Below, one piece after another: positions 8,365-16,764 of a stretch of DNA of 34,439 bases. The notes below the pieces were generated by a model. The model searched no databases and was not told the origin of the DNA. It saw nothing but the letters and a program-made list of their open reading frames with translations. Numbering within the stretch: position 1 is the first letter of the stretch; every line of letters starts with the position of its first letter. The DNA is from an uncultured bacterium (GTDB lineage: Bacteria > UBA8481): positions 1 through 34,439 of the forward strand of contig CAZCME010000029.1 of the NCBI GenBank assembly GCA_964499705.1. Reading direction: 5' to 3'. A program made the position numbers and the translations under genes.

Positions 8365-11300
8365 ATGCGGTCACTCTTTACGGGTGTCAGCGGGTTAAAG
8401 GTCCATGAGTTGCGGCTCGATGTTATTTCCAACAACATCGCCAATGTGAACACGACAGGCTTCAAGGCCTCGCGTGTGCGTTTCGATGACGTTCTATCGC
8501 AGACGATCGAAATCGCCACGGGTCCCCAGTCGGGCCGCGGCGGCCAGAATCCGAAGCAGATCGGTCTGGGCGTCCTGGGCGCCACGATCACGCGCGACAT
8601 GTCGCAGGGCTCGATCGAGATCACGAACAAGACGACCGATCTTGCGATCCAGGGCGGCGGATTTTTCGTCCTCCGTGACGGCGAAAATATCGGCGAGTGG
8701 TACACGCGCGACGGCGGTTTCACGGTCGATGCCAGCGGAGATGTCGTACTGGCCTCCAACGGGTACCGCGTCCAGGGCTGGAACGGCGCCCTCGATACCC
8801 AGACCAACACCTTCGTCATCAATTCCTCCAATCCCGTTGAAGACATGCACCTCAATCTCGCCCAGCAGATGGCTCCCGTCGCCACATCCGCCGTCACCCT
8901 GGGTGGCAACCTCGACTCCCGCCTCGGCACCGCCATCGACCCTGTCCGCGTGAGCTGGATCAAGAACGGCGCGGAACGCGAGGTCGAGATGCGGTTCACG
9001 CATGTGCATCCGACGCGCAGCCTGTATCAGTGGACCGTATACGATCCTTCGGTTATCAACGCGGCGACGGGTGACTTTACTCAGATTTCGACCGACATGA
9101 GCGGCGGCGAGGTGGCGGGTATCATCGAACTCGACGAGAACGGCCGCGTGATCGCCAATTACATCAATACGGCGGACAATGACGCCGCCGATCCGGCGAC
9201 GAACTTCCTGTCAACGAGCGAGCTGCCCACCAGCACGAATCTCTGGGCGCTCAATTTCCCAACGAGGACGTTCAACGGTTACGACTTCATTACCCTCGAC
9301 ACGGACAACAATGGCAATGCTATTCATTTCGAGGAAGATTCCCGCATCTCGTCCGTGACGTCTTCGGTCAACACGCTCGATGCGACTCGGTACGATGTCC
9401 GGTCCCAGGTTCCGAATTACCCGCTCTCGTCGACGGCACTGGCGGGTGGGGCGTTTCCCAATGGATTCACCACGGACGCGATCTACCAGGCCGGTGTTAC
9501 CGCGGCCGGCAACGCTTCGTCAGGCAATGGGCTGGGAGTCCCGGTCCAGTATATTCAGTCGGTTTCCAACGAGGTTGTCGCGAAGATCGATACGGCCCGA
9601 ACGTCCGTTCAGCTCGCGCACGGCAACATCATAGACACGACGCGCGCCAACCCGGCCGCGAACGGCGTGATGGCGACGAGCACCGGAGCGCCCTTTCCTG
9701 GCACGGACGCGGATTCGCTCCGCATCTTCATCGATGGCACGCAATACACGCGGATCTCGAATGCGACGGCCTTCACGGCCGGTGCGACGCAATTCAAGCT
9801 CGATCCCGATAACGGCGTCGTGACGTTCGGCGCGGCGATCGCGGCGGGCGTCAATATCATCGCGTCGTATGACTATGAGGTTCGTCCCGCGAATTCGAGA
9901 ACGATTCCGGCGGCGGCGACGATGACGGGGGAGTTCGGCGCGCGCGCGGTGGCGGGCGTCACTACCACATGGACGGGCGTGACGACGGCGTCGATCGATC
10001 TTTCGGCCTTCTATGTTCCCGGTTCGGGTTCGCTTGTGATCGGCGGAGAAACTTTCACCGAAGTTCCGGCATCCGCGACGGTGAACGACACATCCTTCAA
10101 CCGGTTCAAGATCGATCCTTCCACGGGCGCCATGACGATCGGCCCGATGTCGACGGGAGTCGCGGTCGCCGCGGCCTCGACGGTCACGGGGTCGTACCAG
10201 ACGTTCCGGTCGTGGGCGGGCGAGCAGACGGTTGCGCGCGCCGCGGGTTCGACGATCGACTCGGCGGAAGTCGCATTTCTCGCGCTTGCGGACTCGGGCG
10301 GCCAGAATCCTCCGTACATTCCCGGCTCGGTCGGCACGATTCAGCTCACCGATACGTCCGCGGCGACGACGGAGACATTCAGCGAAGTCGCCTTTGGAAC
10401 GACGCTCGGGTCGCGCCAGTTCTCCGTGAATCCGGCGACGGGAGATCTCTCGTTCGGCACGTTCTTCAGCGGTGCCGCGGTGGACGAAGCCGCCGACGTC
10501 TTCGCGAACGTCACGCACAATTTCAAGTTCTTCAACAAGCGCATCGGCATCACTGACGGCGCAGGCCCCGCGGGCGCGACGAATGCGCGCGGCGTAAACG
10601 ATCTCTGGAGAGTTCTCGAAATTCCGGCGGGAGGGGCCGACACCGGACGGCTGAATCTCTGGCTGCAGGGCGACGGTTTCAACGGTGCCTCGCCGCACAG
10701 ACCAACGGCGACGTCGCTGACGTACCTGCCCACGATCTCGTCCACGAACAACATCCGCTCGGAAATCAATTACAATTCCGACGACCGCGTCAACATCATC
10801 ATCCCCAACGGCCTCACCAAGACCCCGAACGTCAATCCGCTCGTCGATCTGACGACGGAGGCGTTTCAGTTCACGCCGAACACGAGCCAGATCACGGGTA
10901 ATGCCGGCAATAACAACCAGGCGAACTCGGGCGACTCCGTCTCCGTGAACTTGAAGGGTCCGGATGACTACCAGGTCTCCACGTCGGTCCAGGTGTACGA
11001 CTCGCTCGGCACGCCGCACACGATGACGCTTCGCTTCGAGAAAATATCCCAGAACCAGTGGCTGATGTACGGCGTCGATCCGACGGATCCCGCCGGCGAG
11101 CGCGTCGCGGTGCAGAGGCTCCTGGCCTTCGGAGCCGACGGGTCGTTTGACACGACGTCGACGATTCCCTATGCGTCGCCCGCCGCGGCCGGGACGTCGC
11201 AGAGCACATTCACCGGCATTTATTTCGATCCGCCGCGAGCGGGCGGCGCGGCGCCGCCGAACGAGGGCGCCAATGCTGTATCGATCACGCTCGACATGAC

Positions 11301-11724
11301 GAACCTCGCGCAGACCGCGCGGACGTCGGATGCCGTCGTCACGGAACAGAACGGATTTCCTCCGGGCAAGCTGGAGACCTTCTCGTTCAACGATTCCGGT
11401 TTCCTCGTCGGTCTCTTCGACAACGGTCGCAGCCTGAACCTGGCCCGCGTCGCGTTGCAGGGTTTCGTCAATCCGTCGGGCCTCATCTCTGTCGGCGGCA
11501 ACATGTTCAAGGATACGGTCAACGCCGGTAAATATGGCGCGCCCCAACGTCCTGGCTTCGACGGCGTCGGATCCATAGTCCCGGGCGCGCTGGAGGGATC
11601 CAACGTGGATCTTTCCGTGGAGTTTGTCGATCTGATCATCACGCAGCGCGGTTTCCAGGCGCAGTCCAGAACGATCACGACGGCCGACCAGGTGCTCCAG
11701 GAAATCCTCAGCTTGAAACGGTAA
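8365..11724 (+). CDS. flgE: flagellar hook protein FlgE paralog 2, giant (1119 aa)
   Basis: Canonical MRSLFTGVSGL...DVISNNIANVNTTGFKASR; DLAIQGGGFF; YTRDGGF; STSVQVYDSLGTPH; ALEGSNVDLSVEFVDLIITQRGFQAQSRTITTAD. Confidence 0.93.
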   Translation: MRSLFTGVSGLKVHELRLDVISNNIANVNTTGFKASRVRFDDVLSQTIEIATGPQSGRGGQNPKQIGLGVLGATITRDMSQGSIEITNKTTDLAIQGGGFFVLRDGENIGEWYTRDGGFTVDASGDVVLASNGYRVQGWNGALDTQTNTFVINSSNPVEDMHLNLAQQMAPVATSAVTLGGNLDSRLGTAIDPVRVSWIKNGAEREVEMRFTHVHPTRSLYQWTVYDPSVINAATGDFTQISTDMSGGEVAGIIELDENGRVIANYINTADNDAADPATNFLSTSELPTSTNLWALNFPTRTFNGYDFITLDTDNNGNAIHFEEDSRISSVTSSVNTLDATRYDVRSQVPNYPLSSTALAGGAFPNGFTTDAIYQAGVTAAGNASSGNGLGVPVQYIQSVSNEVVAKIDTARTSVQLAHGNIIDTTRANPAANGVMATSTGAPFPGTDADSLRIFIDGTQYTRISNATAFTAGATQFKLDPDNGVVTFGAAIAAGVNIIASYDYEVRPANSRTIPAAATMTGEFGARAVAGVTTTWTGVTTASIDLSAFYVPGSGSLVIGGETFTEVPASATVNDTSFNRFKIDPSTGAMTIGPMSTGVAVAAASTVTGSYQTFRSWAGEQTVARAAGSTIDSAEVAFLALADSGGQNPPYIPGSVGTIQLTDTSAATTETFSEVAFGTTLGSRQFSVNPATGDLSFGTFFSGAAVDEAADVFANVTHNFKFFNKRIGITDGAGPAGATNARGVNDLWRVLEIPAGGADTGRLNLWLQGDGFNGASPHRPTATSLTYLPTISSTNNIRSEINYNSDDRVNIIIPNGLTKTPNVNPLVDLTTEAFQFTPNTSQITGNAGNNNQANSGDSVSVNLKGPDDYQVSTSVQVYDSLGTPHTMTLRFEKISQNQWLMYGVDPTDPAGERVAVQRLLAFGADGSFDTTSTIPYASPAAAGTSQSTFTGIYFDPPRAGGAAPPNEGANAVSITLDMTNLAQTARTSDAVVTEQNGFPPGKLETFSFNDSGFLVGLFDNGRSLNLARVALQGFVNPSGLISVGGNMFKDTVNAGKYGAPQRPGFDGVGSIVPGALEGSNVDLSVEFVDLIITQRGFQAQSRTITTADQVLQEILSLKR

Positions 11725-11728
11725 GAGC

Positions 11729-11760
11729 AAGCGGGGGCGGCTTGAAAACCGCCTTCGCTT
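11729..11760 (+). terminator. hairpin after flgE2, possible intrinsic terminator
   Basis: AAGCGGGGGCGG-CTTGAAAA-CCGCCTTCGCTT just after the stop; U-tract weak. Confidence 0.5.
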
Positions 11761-11763
11761 GAA

Positions 11764-11866
11764 AGGGGACATTCTCCAACATTCCAACATTCAGAATAAT
11801 GGAGATAGAATGCGTGACATCATAAATCTATTATTCTGAATGTTGGAATGTTGGAGAATGTCCCCT
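11764..11866. repeat. palindromic REP/MITE-like element, family A, copy 1
   Basis: Perfect 37-bp inverted repeat AGGGGACATTCTCCAACATTCCAACATTCAGAATAAT (11764-11800 / 11830-11866), 29-nt AT-rich spacer; the same arm recurs at 27024-27319. Confidence 0.9.
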
Positions 11867-12958
11867 ATGCGCATCTACCTGGACCATAACGCCTCTTCGC
11901 CTCTTCATCCCCGGATCAAAGAGCGTCTGGCGAAACTGGGGCCGTTGGGCAATCCATCCTCCCTTCATGCCGAGGGCCGCAAGGCTCGTGCTCTCCTCGA
12001 TGAAGCGCGCGGCCGTGTCGCGGCATGGGCGGGCGTGGGGCCCGATGGCGTCATCTTCACTTCAGGCGGCACGGAAGCCAATGCGCTCGCCATTCATGCC
12101 TGGAAGAGTTGCGTCATCGCCGCGGGCGGCGAGAAAGCGATTCGGATGGATGGAGGTTCTCACGCTTCGGTGCGGGAAAATGCGCCTCGTGGCGAATGGA
12201 AAATCACCGTCGGAATAGAGCGGGCGTCGCTTCATCTTTGCATCGCCGCGCATAACGAGACGGGGGCGATCGCCGATCTGGACGCCGCGGTGGCGGCGGC
12301 CCGGCGGGACGGAGCCTTTCTGCACATCGACGCGGTGCAGTGGCCGCATAAAATGGCATTTCACACGAAGCTGCGCGAGGCGGATTCGTTCGCGATCTCC
12401 GGTCACAAGCTGGGTGCTCCAATGGGCGCGGGAGCATTGATATTTTCCAGGCCGGTGGAGATCGATCCGATGATTCGAGGCGGTGGCCAGGAGTCCGGCC
12501 GCCGCAGTGGAACTCCGCCTCTGGCCGCGATCGTCGGACTGGGCGAGGCGCTCGCGTTGAAGGACGAAGATGTTGCGCGAGATCGGTGGCGCCGGCTGGC
12601 TGTGCGATTGCAGGACCGGATTCGCGCTGTTTTGCCCGACGAGATGACCGAGTTGTCGGACTGCGAGCACGGACTGCCCGGAACGCTTCTCGTCGCGTTT
12701 CATGATCTTCCCGGAGATGTCTTCGCGGCGGCCCTGGACCATGCCGGGATTGCGGTGTCATACGGAACCGCGTGCAGTTCGGGCGAGCAGGAACCTTCGC
12801 CGGCTCTGCTGGGAACGGGCGTGTCGTACGGCCTCGCGCGGTCCGCCGTGCGATTTTCGATCGGCGAGGGAAACACCGAGGAGGAGATCGATGACGCCGC
12901 GGATCGGATTGCCCGCGTTCATGCGACGGTTCGATCGTCTCTGATGGGGACAGGATGA
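11867..12958 (+). CDS. iscS: cysteine desulfurase (IscS/NifS, class V PLP enzyme)
   Basis: IYLDHNASSP, GNPSSLH, IFTSGGTEAN, HNETG, HIDAVQ, SGHK (PLP Lys), GGGQE.GRRSGT, GTACSSG (catalytic Cys). Start placed at ATG 11867. Confidence 0.9.
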   Translation: MRIYLDHNASSPLHPRIKERLAKLGPLGNPSSLHAEGRKARALLDEARGRVAAWAGVGPDGVIFTSGGTEANALAIHAWKSCVIAAGGEKAIRMDGGSHASVRENAPRGEWKITVGIERASLHLCIAAHNETGAIADLDAAVAAARRDGAFLHIDAVQWPHKMAFHTKLREADSFAISGHKLGAPMGAGALIFSRPVEIDPMIRGGGQESGRRSGTPPLAAIVGLGEALALKDEDVARDRWRRLAVRLQDRIRAVLPDEMTELSDCEHGLPGTLLVAFHDLPGDVFAAALDHAGIAVSYGTACSSGEQEPSPALLGTGVSYGLARSAVRFSIGEGNTEEEIDDAADRIARVHATVRSSLMGTG

Positions 12959-13314
12959 ATTACGGGGAGGCGGTGCGGGCGCGCGTCGCGACGGCGAGAT
13001 TCCGGGGGGAACTGGAATCGGAGTCCGTCCGGTTCGAGGCGTCGAACCCCGTCTGCGGAGATGTCGTGCGCATCGCGCTGAACATTTCAGGGGGAAAGAT
13101 CCGCGAAGCGCGCTGGAAAGCGTCCGGATGTCCCCCGACTCTGGCCGCCTCGGATGTTCTTGCGGAAATGATTGTGGGATTGACCGTGAAGGAAGCGCAA
13201 GCGATTGCATCAGAGGATGTAGTCGCGACGCTTCCGGGGCTCCCCCGGACGAGCTTTCATGCGGCGGAAGTGGCGGTGGAGGCCCTTAGAGGTGCGTTGC
13301 AAGCGCTTGATTGA
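12955..13314 (+). CDS. IscU/NifU-N-like Fe-S scaffold or sulfur-acceptor protein
   Basis: NPVCGD and ASGC motifs; ATGA overlap with iscS; the third Cys appears replaced (SFHAAE). Confidence 0.85.
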   Translation: MNYGEAVRARVATARFRGELESESVRFEASNPVCGDVVRIALNISGGKIREARWKASGCPPTLAASDVLAEMIVGLTVKEAQAIASEDVVATLPGLPRTSFHAAEVAVEALRGALQALD

Positions 13315-13454
13315 GCCGGCCTGAGCAAAATGCCCGCGACGCGAGCGAAAACACGAAACTTATCAACACCTTTTCCAATCCTTGAAAATTGTTTCAAAAC
13401 CTTCCTAAATCTCCTTGACCCCCTGCCGATCCTCCTATTTGATTCGCTTCATCG

Positions 13455-13480
13455 GTGGAGCCGAGTGGAGAGAAGTGGAG
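13455..13480 (+). promoter_or_regulatory. MraZ operator (3 x GTGGAG at 10-bp period)
   Basis: GTGGAG at 13455, 13465 and 13475 just upstream of mraZ, matching described MraZ GTGG(A/T)G repeats; TTGACC (-35-like) at 13415-13420. Confidence 0.85.
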
Positions 13481-13492
13481 GACTGCTGAACG

Positions 13493-13957
13493 ATGAACGC
13501 AGCAACGCACGCAGCTACGAACGTCGGAAGTTTTCAGCAGATCATGGACAGCAAGAACAGGATTATCCTGCCCGGGGCCTTTAGGCAGGCGTTCAGCAAG
13601 TCCTTCATCATCTCCGCCGGCTTCGACCGATGTCTTTATCTCTGGCGCCCGGAAGACTGGGACGCCTTCAAACGGCAGGAACTCGGCAAGATCTCCCATC
13701 TTAAAAAGCAGAGCCGCGATCTCGAACGGTGGTTCCATGCGCACGCTCACATCATCGAGCTCGATTCCCAGCATCGCTTTGTCGTTCCGCCCCCGCTACG
13801 CGCCTCCGCCGCCCTGTCACGCGAACTCATCCTCGCCGGCGTCGCCAACCGCGTCGAAGTATGGAACCGGGACGAGTGGCAGAAATACATGGACAGGATT
13901 TCGGGTTCCATCGAGGAAATCGCCGAGTCTCTGTCACGGGAACAAAATTCGCTGTAG
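13493..13957 (+). CDS. mraZ: transcriptional regulator MraZ
   Basis: MDSKNRIILP..FR and LDSQHRFVVP..LR twin motifs; GFDRCLYL; GVANRVEVW. Confidence 0.93.
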   Translation: MNAATHAATNVGSFQQIMDSKNRIILPGAFRQAFSKSFIISAGFDRCLYLWRPEDWDAFKRQELGKISHLKKQSRDLERWFHAHAHIIELDSQHRFVVPPPLRASAALSRELILAGVANRVEVWNRDEWQKYMDRISGSIEEIAESLSREQNSL

Positions 13958-13988
13958 AATCGTCCCGACGAATTCCTATTCCAAAACC

Positions 13989-14963
13989 GTGAATACCATA
14001 CCTCCCTCGATCCATGTTCCCGTCCTGTCCAACTACGTCCGGCAGGCCTTTACCATGCCGCCGGGCGTCCTCCTTGATGCGACGGCGGGAGGCGGAGGCC
14101 ACTCGAGAATTCTCCTGGACCTGGGCCATCGCGTCATCGCGGCGGACCGCGATCCTTCGGTCGTCACGCGTCTCCGGAATGAGCTGCACGAATCCTCCAG
14201 GCTCCTTGTCGAACATTCCGATTTCACCGAAATACGCTGCTACACCCCGTTGAACGGCATCCTGGCCGATCTCGGTTTCTCTTCCGATCAGCTCGCCGAT
14301 TCCTCCCGCGGTTTTTCCTTCGACGCCGACGGGCCGCTCGACATGCGCATGAATCCGGCGTCGCATCCCTCCGCCGCGGAGCTCATTCGTTCCTCCTCGA
14401 TGGACGATCTCAGGCGTATCATCCGTGAATTCGGCGAGGAATCCTCCGCCGGCGCCATCGCCCGGGAAATTGCCGGGCGCGAATTCTCGACCGCCCGCGA
14501 GCTTGCCGGCGCCATCGCCCGCGTCAAGAAGCCCCGCCCGTATCGGCCCGGTCGCCCCCCGCTTCATCCCGCGACCAGGACTTTCCAGGCGCTCCGCATC
14601 GCCGTGAACGACGAACTCGGCCAACTCCGCAGCCTCCTCGATGCCGCCCCGCACGTCCTCGCTCCCGGCGGTCGAATCGCTATCATCACGTTCCATTCCC
14701 TGGAGGACAGGATCGTCAAGAATGCCTTCCGCGAATGGGAGGGAGTGTGCCGTTGTCCACCGCGTCTGCCGGTCTGCGCATGCGGCGCAAAAAGAATTGC
14801 TTTCGCACTTTGGAAGGGTTCGCAAAATGCCGATTCAGAGGAAGTGAGCAGTAATCCGAGGTCCAGGTCGGCCCGGATTCGAGCGATGGAAATGGCAGGG
14901 GATAACGGCGACGCGGCAGACCCTCGCGCGGGGCATGCCGGTGGGGGAGGGAAGGAAGCATGA
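13989..14963 (+). CDS. rsmH: 16S rRNA m4C1402 methyltransferase RsmH (MraW)
   Basis: HVPVL, DATAGGGGHS, ADLGFSS.QL...RGFSF..DGPLDMRM, HPATRTFQALRIAVNDEL, ITFHSLEDRIVK, NPRSRSA; GTG 13989 taken as start (uncertain). Confidence 0.95.
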   Translation: MNTIPPSIHVPVLSNYVRQAFTMPPGVLLDATAGGGGHSRILLDLGHRVIAADRDPSVVTRLRNELHESSRLLVEHSDFTEIRCYTPLNGILADLGFSSDQLADSSRGFSFDADGPLDMRMNPASHPSAAELIRSSSMDDLRRIIREFGEESSAGAIAREIAGREFSTARELAGAIARVKKPRPYRPGRPPLHPATRTFQALRIAVNDELGQLRSLLDAAPHVLAPGGRIAIITFHSLEDRIVKNAFREWEGVCRCPPRLPVCACGAKRIAFALWKGSQNADSEEVSSNPRSRSARIRAMEMAGDNGDAADPRAGHAGGGGKEA

Positions 14964-15295
14964 AGAACGATTCCTCAATGGAATTCCGGTGGAAGAAAAC
15001 CAAGGTTCATTTCGGCGTCATCGGCGCCTGCATGGTCTTCGCGCTTTCACTCCTGGCGCAGGACATCCGCCATCATGAGCTCAACTCCGAAATCGTCCGG
15101 CTCGATCGCGAACGCCGCGACATCGAGGAGGAACGCGACAGGCTGATGCTCCAGCGGGAGCACCTCCGCAATCCCGGCCGCATCCGAGAGATCGCCACAC
15201 GCGATCTCGGCATGGTGACTCCCGACATGACGAACATCCACGAGCTGAACTCGGCGAATCAGTCCCAGCCCGGTACGCCCCAGACGAATCCGTGA
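14960..15295 (+). CDS. ftsL: cell division protein FtsL-like
   Basis: Single TM segment, coiled coil, 'L..P.RI.EIA...LGM..P' motif, position after rsmH. Confidence 0.8.
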   Translation: MKNDSSMEFRWKKTKVHFGVIGACMVFALSLLAQDIRHHELNSEIVRLDRERRDIEEERDRLMLQREHLRNPGRIREIATRDLGMVTPDMTNIHELNSANQSQPGTPQTNP

Positions 15296-16764
15296 TCCCG
15301 TTGAAAACTCTCTTCGAAAACATGCAGGGCGTCGAATTTCTCCGCGGCGATTGGAATCATGATATCTCCGACATCGCGATCGATTCCCGCGAGGTTCGTC
15401 CCGGTTCGCTCTTCATTGCTCTCCACGGTTCCGTCTCCGACGGCCACGATCACGTCAGCGATGCTATCTCACGGGGAGCCGGAGCCCTTCTCCTGTCGCG
15501 ACCCGTGGATTGCCCTGGCTTCGAGGGCGGAGTGATCCGCGCGGAGGATCCGGGGCGGTTGCTCGCCGGAATTGCGCGCGCCTGGTTCGCCGATCCCAGT
15601 CGAAACCTGGAGATCACGGGCATCACGGGTACCAACGGCAAGACCACGACGACATTTCTCATCCAGTCGATTCTCCGCGAAGCAGGTCGCTCCGCCGCGA
15701 TTCTCGGCACTGTTGGCTATTTCATCGGCGATGAAACCTATGAGGCTCCCAACACCACGCCCGACGTGCTCCGTCTCAACCGGATGCTCGCGCGGTGCGT
15801 CGAGCGCAGGTTCAGGGATGTCGTCATGGAGGTTTCCTCCCACGCGCTGAAGCTCGATCGCGTCGACGGGATCCGGTTCCACTGCGGCATCTTCACCAAC
15901 CTCACGCAGGACCATCTCGATTTCCATTCGGACATGGAGGATTACTTCCAGGCGAAGGCTCGCCTCTTCGAGATGACGTCCGGTCGTGGCGCCGTGAACA
16001 TCGATGACGCGTATGGCCGCCGTCTCCTGCGGATGTATCCGTCGCTCATCACGTTCGGCGATGGCGGAATCGTGCAGGCGCGGAACGCGACGCTCTCCAT
16101 GCACGGAGCATCCTTCGATCTGAGCGTGGACGGAACGACCGTGCCCGTCCGGACGAAGCTCGTCGGCCGTCCCAACATCTCCAATGGCCTCGCCGCCGCT
16201 TCCGCCGCGCATCTGCTCGGCATCGATCCTGCCGTCATCGCGCGCGGCCTCGCCTCCGCGCAGTCGCCTCGCGGCCGCTTCGAGCTGGTCTCGCCGGACG
16301 TGACGGAAAAGCGCGGCTTCTCCATCGCCGTCGATTACGCGCATACGCCCGACGCGCTGGAACGGCTTCTGAAGACGGGACGCGATCTGAAACCCGGCCG
16401 CCTGCTGGCCGTCTTCGGATGCGGCGGAGACCGCGACCGAACTAAGCGCCCGATCATGGGCCGGCTAGCTTCGCAGCTCGCGGATGAAGTCTGGATCACG
16501 TCCGATAATCCCCGAACGGAGGATCCTGAGAGAATTCTCGACGAGATCATGACCGGCGTGGCCGGGCCCTGCAGGAGAATGGTCGACCGCCGCGAGGCGA
16601 TTCACTCCGCCGTGGCCGGCATGAAGCGCGGAGATCTCCTCCTGATAGCCGGCAAGGGCCACGAGGATTACCAGATCATCGGACGGACCAAGAAGCACTT
16701 CGACGACCGCGAGGTCGCGGAGGAAGCGCTCGGGATTTCCGATCCGGAAAGTGGAAAAGCATGA
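15292..16764 (+). CDS. murE: UDP-MurNAc-L-Ala-D-Glu:meso-DAP ligase MurE
   Basis: GITGTNGKTTT, MEVSSH, FTNLTQDHLDFH, VDYAHTPD, SDNPR (DAP-type), AGKGHE.YQ. Confidence 0.97.
   Translation: MIPLKTLFENMQGVEFLRGDWNHDISDIAIDSREVRPGSLFIALHGSVSDGHDHVSDAISRGAGALLLSRPVDCPGFEGGVIRAEDPGRLLAGIARAWFADPSRNLEITGITGTNGKTTTTFLIQSILREAGRSAAILGTVGYFIGDETYEAPNTTPDVLRLNRMLARCVERRFRDVVMEVSSHALKLDRVDGIRFHCGIFTNLTQDHLDFHSDMEDYFQAKARLFEMTSGRGAVNIDDAYGRRLLRMYPSLITFGDGGIVQARNATLSMHGASFDLSVDGTTVPVRTKLVGRPNISNGLAAASAAHLLGIDPAVIARGLASAQSPRGRFELVSPDVTEKRGFSIAVDYAHTPDALERLLKTGRDLKPGRLLAVFGCGGDRDRTKRPIMGRLASQLADEVWITSDNPRTEDPERILDEIMTGVAGPCRRMVDRREAIHSAVAGMKRGDLLLIAGKGHEDYQIIGRTKKHFDDREVAEEALGISDPESGKA

Noticed and set aside
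11764-11866. CRISPR repeat or autonomous IS element
   Set aside because: Repeats are inverted, not a direct repeat-spacer array; no cas or transposase ORF in the window.
13360-13397. DnaA-box-like TTATCAACA and near-palindrome TTGAAAATTGTTTCAA before mraZ
   Set aside because: Single mismatched box and no cluster; the palindrome cannot be assigned to a regulator.
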